A stretch of 64,000 nt of DNA from Acidobacteriota bacterium (GTDB taxonomy: Bacteria > Acidobacteriota > UBA6911 > RPQK01 > JAJDTT01), in contig OZ242374.1 in NCBI GenBank assembly GCA_965209055.1, positions 1,568,001 to 1,632,000 on the forward strand, in the 5' to 3' direction. The position numbers were made by a program, and so were the translations under genes. A model generated the notes under the pieces. The model did not search any database and was not told where the DNA came from. It was given only the letters and a program-made list of their open reading frames with translations. Within the stretch, counting starts at the first letter, position 1; every line of letters begins with the position of its first letter. This document shows positions 39,876-48,939 of the stretch, piece by piece.

Positions 39876-39995
39876 CACAGTTCCCGGGCCATCCACTTGA
39901 CTTCGCCGATCACCTCAGCCTCACCCCATGGCTCGGACGCCCAAGCCGGATGATCGCTGACAAACTGCTAGTCGCCGGCATCATCTTTCCCGGCT
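39876..39995 (-). pseudogene. C-terminal remnant of S24/CI-like repressor
   Basis: AGKDDAGD*QFVSDHPAWASEPWGEAEVIGEVKWMAREL. Confidence 0.55.
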
Positions 39996-39999
39996 CACT

Positions 40000-40686
40000 T
40001 TTCCGAAGGGAGAACTTCGGCGGAGCGATAGTGATTCCTACTCGGTGATCGGCGCTTCACGCCGGGAGCAAGGCTATCCGCCAACGAGGCAACTACTAAG
40101 CGACCGGTGCGATGCTCGAACAAGCGAGGTGGTACATGGGCATTCACCGGCGGTGTTTCCCCGACCCTGACGCTAGGCGGCTTGGTCTAGAGCCCAGGGT
40201 CGAAACTCGTCCATGGAGTCCACGGGTAACCGTTCGGTCAAGCCGTGGAAGAGCGGTCGTTCCGCATCCTCGCCGCAGTGCCCAATTCCCGTTGGGTTGC
40301 CGTCGGGCTTGAACCACTCTTCGCGGCAGTAAGACCTCCCTGGGAAAGGATAACGGCAGATGATCGTCGGCCGCAAAGTCCTTACGCAGGGCGATCCGAC
40401 TGCATCGTTCCGACACCGTGGGTCAGGTTATCCGCTTTGTGCCTTCATCCCGTCGGAGGTGGAAGAGTGGCACTTCGTCAGGTGTTTGATCCCCATTGAG
40501 TGCGAGGCCGCAGGCCCGGCTCCGGAAGTCGATCCCCACGGCTTGACCGAACGGTTACGTCCGTTCTCGGCCACGAAGGGCCAAAGACATCCAATTCAAC
40601 CCGGTGGAAAGAATGGGGGGAGGAGCGGTGATGGAAATTTCATAACTCATTTATATAGAATGGTTTACGGACTTTAGAAAAACAGT
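40000..40686. repeat. conserved non-coding terminal region of element A with perfect 23 bp IR (40226-40248 / 40536-40558)
   Basis: Inverted homolog of 15524-16183. Confidence 0.85.
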
Positions 40687-40925
40687 CCGCAAGGGATATT
40701 TTGGACGGGAGCGACCCCCGCGCCCGCACCGGGCAGCAAAAAGGGGGGGTCGCTCCCTTCCACCTCCGCTTACCCCGTGCGGGCGCGGCGAAGCCGGGAA
40801 TGTGTCCGTAACTGCATGAGCGAAAAAGAGATCGGGGAAATCGGAGGTGTAAGTCAAAAGGCTTCCGCGATGGAACTCGCGTCCTTTGTCTCCCTTACAC
40901 TCCCCGATCGACACGGCGGAGCCCT
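40687..40925 (+). repeat. palindromic element copy S6 (interrupted by element A; inner hairpin deleted)
   Basis: CCGCAAGGGATATTTTGGACGGGAGCGACCCCC..GGGGGGGTCGCTCCC..GAGATCGGGGAAATCG..CTTACACTCCC. Confidence 0.9.
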
Positions 40926-40966
40926 CTTTGCCCTCGATCCCCGACGATCTGGTCGGCCTCCAAGTG

Positions 40967-41245
40967 TCAGAGCCGCCTAACGTACCCGGTCTTCACTCTC
41001 CAGGTCCGATCCTGAACCGATCCGTCGACCCACCGCCAGGCGACGACCTGGAGGCTCGCGCCCCAATGCTCGAACACGGAGGATCGGCCGGAATGCTCCA
41101 AGGTCAACGTTCCGGTCCGCTGGTCCCAGTTCACCGACTCCACCCGGTAGATCGCAAACTCTCCTCCGGGGAAGACCACCTGCACCCCTCCCTTCGGTCC
41201 CCTCACGCCCGCTCTCCGGTCGCACTCCTCAAAGCAGATCCTCAA
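40967..41245 (-). CDS. small hypothetical protein
   Basis: ORF downstream of integrase B; no motif recognised. Confidence 0.3.
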   Translation of the reverse strand: MRICFEECDRRAGVRGPKGGVQVVFPGGEFAIYRVESVNWDQRTGTLTLEHSGRSSVFEHWGASLQVVAWRWVDGSVQDRTWRVKTGYVRRL

Positions 41246-41293
41246 CAGTACTACGACCCGTTCATCGGGCGTGGGAGCCTGGATGGATCCGAT

Positions 41294-42502
41294 TCACGTG
41301 CTCACAGCCTTCAACTGATCCAGGTAGTCCGCCCAGTCGTCCATGAGTCGCCTTCGCCGCTCGAAGAGGTCCGTTCGCCGGTAGGCCGCCTCGATCGGGT
41401 TGCGCACCTTGTGCGCCAGCGCCGCCTCCGCCACCTCGCGCGGATGATCCGTCTCCTCGGCCGCCCAGTCCCGGAAACTCGACCGGAACCCGTGCGGCAC
41501 CGCCGCGATCTTCAACCCCCGGAGCAGTTCCGACATGGCCGTGTTCCCGATGGGCTTTCCGCCCGCCCTCGGAAAAACGAGCGGGCTGCTGCCACCGAGC
41601 GCCTGCGCCGCCTCCAGGATCTCCAACGTTCGTCGGGCCAACGGGACCCGGTGCTCCCGGTTCCCCTTCGTCCGTGGGGCCGGGATGGTCCATACTCCTT
41701 CCTCCCGGTCGATCTCCTTCCACGCGGCCCCACGGACCTCGCCGGAGCGTGTCGCCGTCAAAACCAGGAACTCGAACATCAGTTTCAACAACGGCCGCGC
41801 GTTCGACGCCCGCACCGTCTGGAGTGCGGACGCCACTTCGCCGTGAGGCACTGCCCGCATGTGGCGCACGGCGTTCCCTTGCGAGCCGAGCACCGGACCG
41901 ATCCGGTCGCACGGGTTGTCGGGCCGAAGATCCATCGCTACGGCCCACTCCAGGACCGCGCGGATGCGCTGGCGCAGCTTCCGGGCGGTGGGCGCCTTCT
42001 CGTGCCAGATCGGAGCCAGGATCCCGATCACGTCCGCGCTCGTCACCTCCGCAATCGGCATCTTCCCGATATGAGGCAAGACGTGGCGCTCCAGGCTTCC
42101 CAGCCAGAGCCGCGCATGCAGGGGGGAGCGCCAGCCCGGTCGCAGTTGTTTCCAGACTGTCCGGGCGGCGTCCGCGAAGGTGGGCATCGACCCGGCCCGC
42201 CGCTTCTCGGCTCGGGGGTCGCCCCCGTCACGGGCCAGCTTCCGGTTGGCGAACGCCTTCTCACGGGCTTCCTTGAGCGAGACGAGGGGGAATCCGCCGA
42301 GCCCGAGCTCGGTTCGGCGGCCCCGGATGGTGAGGCGTTGGATCCAGCCCCGGCTGCCCGTGGGCCGGACGTCGAGATAGAGGCCTTGGCCGTCGCAATA
42401 GCGTCCGGCCTGGTTCACGTTGCGGACAAAGGCCGGGGTCAGGGCGTTGAGGGGATGCCGGCCGCGTGGCTTGCGTTTCGGAGGTCGTTTTGTAAGTCTC
42501 AT
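41294..42502 (-). CDS. tyrosine integrase of element B (close paralog of 31025-32245)
   Basis: Same catalytic motifs and near-identical N-terminal half; upstream ~150 bp also shared. Confidence 0.95.
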   Translation of the reverse strand: MRLTKRPPKRKPRGRHPLNALTPAFVRNVNQAGRYCDGQGLYLDVRPTGSRGWIQRLTIRGRRTELGLGGFPLVSLKEAREKAFANRKLARDGGDPRAEKRRAGSMPTFADAARTVWKQLRPGWRSPLHARLWLGSLERHVLPHIGKMPIAEVTSADVIGILAPIWHEKAPTARKLRQRIRAVLEWAVAMDLRPDNPCDRIGPVLGSQGNAVRHMRAVPHGEVASALQTVRASNARPLLKLMFEFLVLTATRSGEVRGAAWKEIDREEGVWTIPAPRTKGNREHRVPLARRTLEILEAAQALGGSSPLVFPRAGGKPIGNTAMSELLRGLKIAAVPHGFRSSFRDWAAEETDHPREVAEAALAHKVRNPIEAAYRRTDLFERRRRLMDDWADYLDQLKAVST

Positions 42503-42899
42503 ACCTACCACTATACATACCACCATATGGTGGATGCAAGGGGATGAAGCGGGCCGGTATGGGACAAGGCCGGATGTCCGGTCTAGTTGTAAACCAATCA
42601 AAAACAAACACTTATGAACAATACTGGACTTACCTGGACGATGTAGCTGATTAAATCAAGGAAGCCCTGCGGGAAGGCTCCAAGAGTACCTGTCTGTGCG
42701 TGGGCCCATGAAAACAGGTCAGGGATGTATGCCGACGTGCACGCGAAAGACTCCATATAGTGTCGGGACGTGAACCTCGTTCTGGCTGGCTTGGAAGAAG
42801 TGACCCGGCAGGACGCAGATTCCCACCTCTGCAATGCAAGGCGCATTTCCGGCAGCTTCTCCCCCCCCCCGGTTTTCCTCGGCCGTCGCTTCGGCAAGA

Positions 42900-43233
42900 C
42901 GATGAATTTCCATGTCGAGGCGGGCCGCTCGGCGTTTTTTCTGGACGGGGCCGTCAAGGCCACACGTGAACTGGGTGTCTCGTTCGATTTTCTGGTGGGC
43001 CTGACGGATGATCCCACGCCATCGGCGGAACTCACGGCGGTGGGAATCACCCCTAAAATCTGCCGACTTTCCGGTACCCGGCTCGTACCGGTTCGCCCGC
43101 TTCCGACGAAAGTCGGCGGGGTGTTTTGGATCTGGACGAGGAGGTGAAGGCATAGCCCTACTTCAGACGCGAACGATTTTCTCGGTAGGGTCTTGTCGTG
43201 AACCGATGCCGCAGCATCAGCGTGATGGGTGAA
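42900..43233 (+). pseudogene. degraded HTH-S24 (CI-like) repressor
   Basis: RELGVSFDFLVGLTDDPTPSAEL, then DLDEEVKA*PYFRRE..*GL..RCRSISVMGE with stops and a frameshift. Confidence 0.6.
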
Positions 43234-43323
43234 GTTCTCAGCTTGACCAAATTCCAGCGAGTTGGGATGCTGGCTGCGTTGAGAGGAATCACCAACGCTT
43301 CGGATTCCACCGGACAGACTTCC

Positions 43324-45453
43324 ATGGTCATCCCTTCGCCCACGCGGACCCAAAAGGCGCCTTTCCGCCCGAGGGCGCGTGTGCTGCAACTGCTGGGCGA
43401 TGAGCTGATTGGGAGCCCCCGGCTTGCGGTCTTTGAGCTGGTGAAGAACGCCTACGACGCTGACGCCAACGAGGTGGTGGTTCAGCTCGATCTTGCCTCG
43501 AAGGGCGAGGCGTCCATTACGGTGACCGACGACGGGGAGGGCATGTCGCTGGACGTGTTGCAGTCGGTGTGGCTCGTCCCGGGCGATGATCACCGGCGCA
43601 GACAGCGGGAGCAGGGCAGACGCTCCGCGAAGCACCATCGGCTCCCGCTGGGGGAGAAGGGGCTTGGTCGGTTCGCCGTCCACAAGCTGGGCAACCGCAT
43701 CCGAGTGACTACGCGCGCTGCTGGCACCGACGAGTGCGTCGTGGATATCGACTGGAATGAATTGATCGAGCAGCTCTTCCTCGATGAGGCACCAGTGACA
43801 ATGCACGAGCGCCCGGCAACATTGTTTACTGACGGGATGACCGGGACACGGATCGAGATCTGGGAGTTGCGGCCCCCCGCGTGGAAGCGACGAGACGTGC
43901 GGCGTCTCTGCAATCAGATTACGTCGATCTGTTCGCCTTTTGACGATCCGGGAGGATTTCGGGCGACCCTCGAAGTCCCGGGCAACGAGGCTTGGATCCA
44001 GGACCTTCCCGACTTTGCGGAAATCCTGAACCGTGCGATCTGGAAGTTCTGTTTCCGGGTCAATTGCGAAGGGCGGTTTGATTGCGACTACGAGTTTCGC
44101 ACGGTACCGGGCCTCAACCTCGACCGGCGCCATGTGTCAAGGCGCGGTGACCGATTGCAGATCCCACGACCCTCGGGAAGGGGCCGCATGAGGAAAGACG
44201 TAGTCGCAACCCCCGAGACGATGCGAGAGATTGGCCCGGTTAGCGGCGAGTTCCACATCTTCGACCGGGACCGTGCGATCCTTAGAAAACTCGGCAATTC
44301 GCAGCTCTTGACCAGGTATCTCGACGAGAATGGCGGGATTCGAGTCTATCGCGACGGTATCCGGGTGTACAACTATGGGGAACGGGGTGACGACTGGCTG
44401 GGCCTCGATCTCCGTCGCGTGAACCGCCCTACCCGAAAAATCAGCAGAAACATCGTATTGGGTGCGGTCCACCTGTCGCTTGAGTCGTCCGTTGGCCTGC
44501 GAGAGAAGACCAATCGGGAAGGCTTTGTCGAGAATGAAGCTTGCGACCGTCTCAGGCAGGTCGTAATGGGCGCCCTTGGGGCGTTGGAGTTCGAAAGGCA
44601 GGAGGATAAGGAGCGAATCAGATCACTTACGAGCGAGCCTGATACTACGATAACACGCATCGACAAACCGATTCGGAAGCTCAGAAGTGCCTTGGACGAC
44701 CGGGGTGTCCGAGACACGTTCGAACCCTACGTTGCGAAGATTGAGAGGGACTATGTTGACATGCAGGAGACGCTGCTGGCTGCTGGCATGTCGGGTCTCA
44801 ACCTCGCCGTCGTGTTTCACGAGGTGGAGCGGGGCGTCCGGATGTTGCATCAGGTGATCGTCCAGGGCGAGGATCCCGAAGGGGCAGCCCGACAAGCTCA
44901 GGAACTGATGCGAGTCCTGGACGGCTTTTCCACGCTCCTGCGACGAGACAGCAAACGTCTGCATCGCGCCAGCAAACTCATAGGGGCCGCGCAACGGTTC
45001 AACCGCTCGCGTTTTCGCTTCCATGATGTCCGCCTCGATTGCCCAGTTCTGACCGGCGAGGATGACTTCGAGTCCCGCTTCACCTTCAGTTTGGTGCTCG
45101 GTGCCCTCAATAACCTGATCGACAACGCTCTCTATTGGATCCGGGTCAGGTGGCCTACTTCCACGCACGATCACGAGGTGGCAATGCGCCGCTTGTTTGT
45201 GGGCACGTCACAAGACTTTGACCAGGGACCGGCCGTGGTCGTCGCAGATAGCGGGCCGGGTTTCCAGGATGCGTCAGAGCACCTAGTACGACCGTTCTTC
45301 ACGCGGAAGCCGAAGGGCATGGGCCTTGGCCTATACTACGCAAACTTGGCCATGGAGTTGAACGGCGGCCAGCTCGTGTTTCCTCACCGGGACGAAGTCG
45401 CGGTGCCCGACCATTGCGACGGTGCCATCGTTGCGATGATCTTCAAGGAATAG
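43324..45453 (+). CDS. GHKL (MutL/MORC-like) ATPase fused to histidine-kinase core; start uncertain (ORF open from 43198)
   Basis: ELVKNAYDADA, DDGEGM, GEKGLGRFA; H-box VFHEVE; NLIDNA, DSGPG, PFFTRKPKGMGLGL. Confidence 0.88.
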   Translation: MVIPSPTRTQKAPFRPRARVLQLLGDELIGSPRLAVFELVKNAYDADANEVVVQLDLASKGEASITVTDDGEGMSLDVLQSVWLVPGDDHRRRQREQGRRSAKHHRLPLGEKGLGRFAVHKLGNRIRVTTRAAGTDECVVDIDWNELIEQLFLDEAPVTMHERPATLFTDGMTGTRIEIWELRPPAWKRRDVRRLCNQITSICSPFDDPGGFRATLEVPGNEAWIQDLPDFAEILNRAIWKFCFRVNCEGRFDCDYEFRTVPGLNLDRRHVSRRGDRLQIPRPSGRGRMRKDVVATPETMREIGPVSGEFHIFDRDRAILRKLGNSQLLTRYLDENGGIRVYRDGIRVYNYGERGDDWLGLDLRRVNRPTRKISRNIVLGAVHLSLESSVGLREKTNREGFVENEACDRLRQVVMGALGALEFERQEDKERIRSLTSEPDTTITRIDKPIRKLRSALDDRGVRDTFEPYVAKIERDYVDMQETLLAAGMSGLNLAVVFHEVERGVRMLHQVIVQGEDPEGAARQAQELMRVLDGFSTLLRRDSKRLHRASKLIGAAQRFNRSRFRFHDVRLDCPVLTGEDDFESRFTFSLVLGALNNLIDNALYWIRVRWPTSTHDHEVAMRRLFVGTSQDFDQGPAVVVADSGPGFQDASEHLVRPFFTRKPKGMGLGLYYANLAMELNGGQLVFPHRDEVAVPDHCDGAIVAMIFKE

Positions 45454-45457
45454 CACG

Positions 45458-46765
45458 ATGCTGGGATCTCCCCGAATCGTAGCAATTGACGACGATGACG
45501 CCCATCTGCGCGGGCTTGCCATGGGCCTAAGCTGGAATGGGATAGCGTGTCTTCAGATTCACTTCACAGGAGATGCAACCGGGATCGAACCATGTCCAGA
45601 TGTACGGATCGTTTTCGCCGATCTCCACCTGGGGGCGGGAACCCCTTCGGATCACAAGGCCGACTTTGCCGTGATCACCGCGCTCCTCGAGGATGCTATC
45701 AAGCCGTCGGGGCCGTATTTCATCGTGCTTTGGACACAGTACCAGGACCAAGCCCCGGCGCTTCGGGAATACCTTGAGGACAGGCTTGGCCCCGCAGTCA
45801 CGAAACCGCTTGACGTCTGTTCGCTGCCGAAAAGTGAGCACATTGATTTTGATGGCGATGGCAGAATCAAGGACCAGGGTTGGTTGATGGAGGCAATCGG
45901 TAACATCATCCAAGCTTCGCCTCAAGTCGGGGCCGTGATCGAGTGGGAAACCCAAGTACTTGGAGCGGCAGGACGCACGGTGTCCTCGATCATGGATCTG
46001 ACTTCAGTCGGTGACGGTGGGCAGCGGGCGGAGGAAGTGGGCAAGATTCTGGGTCGACTCGCGGTGGAAGCGGTGGGCAAGGATCATGTGGAGAGAGATC
46101 GCTTCCGCGCAGTCAATGATGCGCTTGTGCCGATTCTTGCCGACCGTATTGCGAGGACGCGTACTAGCCAAATAGACGACAATCTCTGGCAAGCGGCATT
46201 GACGATCCCGGAAAGACGGATTATGGCGTCGCTCGAACGTGCGGCAAAGCTAAATCGGTTGGTTCACATTGCGGATCCAGAGGGTGTTAGCGCCACAGAG
46301 CGAGGTGTTGTCGTTTCACTTCCGGCCTCGCAATGTGGTGATTTCCGGGATCTCTTCGGCATTGGGGAGGAGAAAGCGGCGACCACGCGGTTCCGCTGTA
46401 AGAGTGGGACTTTCGATCCGAATAGAGATAGTTTTCGCTGGGTATTGGTTCAATGCCAAGCTGCGTGCGATTACGCGCAGTCCAACCCAGGCTCCGTTCC
46501 TTATTATCTCGGCCTCGACTTTCCGGAAGAGTTCCGAGCGAGCACGAATCCTCCTGATTCAACATGGCCCGGACCCGTGTTCGAGTTCGACGGCGAGATC
46601 CGTCGCTTGCGGGTCAATGCAGGTTTCCCCTTGACGCTGGCCTCCAGCGTGCTTCAGAACATCACCCCTCTGTATCGACTTCGGGAACAGATTTTGAATG
46701 ACTTGGCTTACCATCTTCACAGCCACGGCGCCCGCCCGGGGATGATGTCGTTTGGAAAGAGATGA
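45458..46765 (+). CDS. receiver-domain protein with unknown C-terminal effector
   Basis: IVAIDDD, VFADLHL, IVLWT; C-terminal QAACDYAQ motif. Confidence 0.75.
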   Translation: MLGSPRIVAIDDDDAHLRGLAMGLSWNGIACLQIHFTGDATGIEPCPDVRIVFADLHLGAGTPSDHKADFAVITALLEDAIKPSGPYFIVLWTQYQDQAPALREYLEDRLGPAVTKPLDVCSLPKSEHIDFDGDGRIKDQGWLMEAIGNIIQASPQVGAVIEWETQVLGAAGRTVSSIMDLTSVGDGGQRAEEVGKILGRLAVEAVGKDHVERDRFRAVNDALVPILADRIARTRTSQIDDNLWQAALTIPERRIMASLERAAKLNRLVHIADPEGVSATERGVVVSLPASQCGDFRDLFGIGEEKAATTRFRCKSGTFDPNRDSFRWVLVQCQAACDYAQSNPGSVPYYLGLDFPEEFRASTNPPDSTWPGPVFEFDGEIRRLRVNAGFPLTLASSVLQNITPLYRLREQILNDLAYHLHSHGARPGMMSFGKR

Positions 46766-46822
46766 GCGCCGGAGTGCTTCGAGGCCATTCCGCACCGATT
46801 CGAGAGAACCGAGAACCTCCGC

Positions 46823-47776
46823 TCAGTCTACGTAGATAAGCGACCGTACCACGGACTCCATCACGGGCGGACAGACTCCATTACCCAATAGCTTAATCCG
46901 GTCCCGGCGAGTCCCGACTGGCAGTTGGAAGTCGGTTTCGTGCCCCATCGCCCGGCGAAGTTCGGGAACCTGCAACATCCGCATTCTCCACATGTCCCCG
47001 TCATGCTCGACGAGAGCGAACCGATCCACTGTTGTGATCGTCCGCAATGGGCGGTCCAATGGCTGCCATCCACCACTTCCGTCGTTGCCGTAGTAGACCA
47101 GCAGGAAGCTCGTTCCCTTCTTCAGCACGGCAAACGCACGCTTTGCCTTGGTGATTGTTGCCTTCGCTCTCCGTCGGCTGAAAAGCGGTGACATGCTCCA
47201 GGTGCCGGGGTCGTCGAGGATGGACTTAGCGGTTACCGGGTCCTGGTTCTGCTTTGGAACGTCGAATTCGGGTTTTTGCTCACGATCTCCCATCAGGAAC
47301 AGCCGTCGGCGGGATTGAGGCACACCAAAGTCGGATGCGTTGAGCACGTGTTCCGTAAGCTTGTAGCCTAGCTGTCCGAGGGAGTTCTTGAGTTCATCAT
47401 AGCGAGTCCACGGCCGCATGTGGACCACGTTTTCCAACACCAACCAGCGGGGCTGAAATGCTCGGGCGTACTCTACGGTCAGCAGGGCTGTTTCCCGGCT
47501 GGGTTCATCGAGAGGGGCCGCACCGCGCGCGCAGGTGTGGTTCCTACACTCTGGCGATGCGAGTAGGAGATCGACCGGGCCAATCCGGCGTTTCAGGTCC
47601 GGTAACGCGACATCCTCGAGTCGGCCCGTGACAACCTCTGCATCCGGGAAGTTGGCTTTGTAGGTGCCAGTGGCGACACGCCAAGCGTCGATCCCCGCGA
47701 CGATTTCAGCTCCTGCGGCCTTGGCGCCCGCGCTGCTGCCGCCCGCTCCGCAGAAGATATCGAGAGTACGGACCAT
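46823..47776 (-). CDS. dcm: DNA (cytosine-5) methyltransferase
   Basis: DIFCGAGG, ASPEC, LENV, QSRRRLF, GNGVCP. Confidence 0.93.
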   Translation of the reverse strand: MVRTLDIFCGAGGSSAGAKAAGAEIVAGIDAWRVATGTYKANFPDAEVVTGRLEDVALPDLKRRIGPVDLLLASPECRNHTCARGAAPLDEPSRETALLTVEYARAFQPRWLVLENVVHMRPWTRYDELKNSLGQLGYKLTEHVLNASDFGVPQSRRRLFLMGDREQKPEFDVPKQNQDPVTAKSILDDPGTWSMSPLFSRRRAKATITKAKRAFAVLKKGTSFLLVYYGNDGSGGWQPLDRPLRTITTVDRFALVEHDGDMWRMRMLQVPELRRAMGHETDFQLPVGTRRDRIKLLGNGVCPPVMESVVRSLIYVD

Positions 47777-47781
47777 GTTTG

Positions 47782-48276
47782 TTACGGCGGACTCGGGGTA
47801 GCCGAGCTTAGCCTCTTCCGACGGCCGGCGAATTCACTAGTGTCGTTCCCGACCGACACGACGCCATCCCTCCTCAGATGGGCTATGAGCCGCGCTCGGA
47901 CAACCGCTTGATCTTTCGTCTCGCACTCCCAGATCACAACGACTTGCCAACCCAGATCGTGCAATGCAGCCTCGTTTCTTGCGTCCCGCGCCACGTTTTC
48001 CTCAAACTTCTTGGTCCAGAACTGAATCCGGGACTTTGGGCGATATGCGTACCGGCAGCCGTCATGCCGATGCCAGAAACAGCCGTGAACGAATACGACG
48101 GTACGATACCGTGGAAATACCAAGTCTGGCGAACCCGGAAGATCCCTGCGATGCAGGCGAAAACGGAACCCGAGCCCGTGGGCGATGCGACGGACGGCCA
48201 GTTCCGGCATGGTGTTCCGTCCCTTGATGCGCGACATGATCTCGCTGCGCTTCTCGGCATTCACGATGTCAGTCAT
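47782..48276 (-). CDS. vsr: very short patch repair endonuclease
   Basis: RSEIMSRIK..TMPE, LPGSPDLVF, FVHGCFWH, IWECE. Confidence 0.95.
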   Translation of the reverse strand: MTDIVNAEKRSEIMSRIKGRNTMPELAVRRIAHGLGFRFRLHRRDLPGSPDLVFPRYRTVVFVHGCFWHRHDGCRYAYRPKSRIQFWTKKFEENVARDARNEAALHDLGWQVVVIWECETKDQAVVRARLIAHLRRDGVVSVGNDTSEFAGRRKRLSSATPSPP

Positions 48277-48939
48277 TACTTGCTCGTATCAATGCTGTGA
48301 GATCCGCACTGCAAAGGAGGCGTACTGCTGGAGTCAAGATTGTCGTGTGGAATCCTTCCGCCACCATTCGAGGGGATACTGGTGGAAGATGTCTGTCAAG
48401 CCGCTGCCTCTCGCACGTCGATGTTGCCGGTGACGACACCAGCGATCAGGCGTATCCGGTATTCGCGGAGGCGATCGATCTGGCGCTTGGTCGCCACCTG
48501 TGCGTTTTCCGTGTCATGACTCCGCTCAACAAGGCACCCGGATATCGCGGCCTGTTCTTCTGTTAAAGGCACGGGTGCCCAGACGTTCGATTACCGTAGC
48601 TAATCGTGACCGAAGACCCCGGCTGGTTCAAGCGGCCTCCCAGCGGACCGTGCGTGCGCCCGTGAACCAATTAGAAGGGTGACCTGAGTTCCGCCTAATC
48701 AACGGTGACGCCAAAGCCGATACCTTCCAAGCTGACCAAACCGCTAGGTTCGGGACCGAGCCGAAAGCCGGTGGTCGTGGTGCTCCGGTAAGCCATCACG
48801 GACCCTAGCGCGGGCTCTTTGCTTTCGGCTCAGACGCTGTTTGCGAGACCGTCGTGAACCCGCGCGGCGTGATATCTTCCTTGAATCGCCAGAGAGCGGC
48901 CTCAAGTCGGAGCCGCGTCCGAATCGCTAGGAAGGCAGG

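Larger units (their letters stand above)
30855..40694 (+). mobile_element. nested integrative element A (~9.8 kb) inside B
   Basis: Direct repeat CCGCAAGG at 30855-30862 and 40687-40694; joined flanks rebuild TCATTTATGCCTTC-CCGCAAGG-GATATTTTGGACGGGAGCGACC, matching intact S3. Confidence 0.82.
15517..42672 (-). mobile_element. nested integrative element B (~27.2 kb)
   Basis: Direct repeat CCTGCGG at 15517-15523 and 42666-42672; joining the flanks rebuilds CCAATTGAT-CCTGCGG-GAAGG, matching intact copies S4/S5; integrase 42502-41294 at one end. Confidence 0.75.

Noticed and set aside
30870-42660. Composite transposon or invertible segment bounded by the two inverted integrase copies
   Set aside because: Junction reconstruction pairs each integrase end with a different distal end (30855 with 40694; 42672 with 15517), and each pairing rebuilds a site matching an intact copy. 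Homologous inversion between the two integrases remains possible secondarily.
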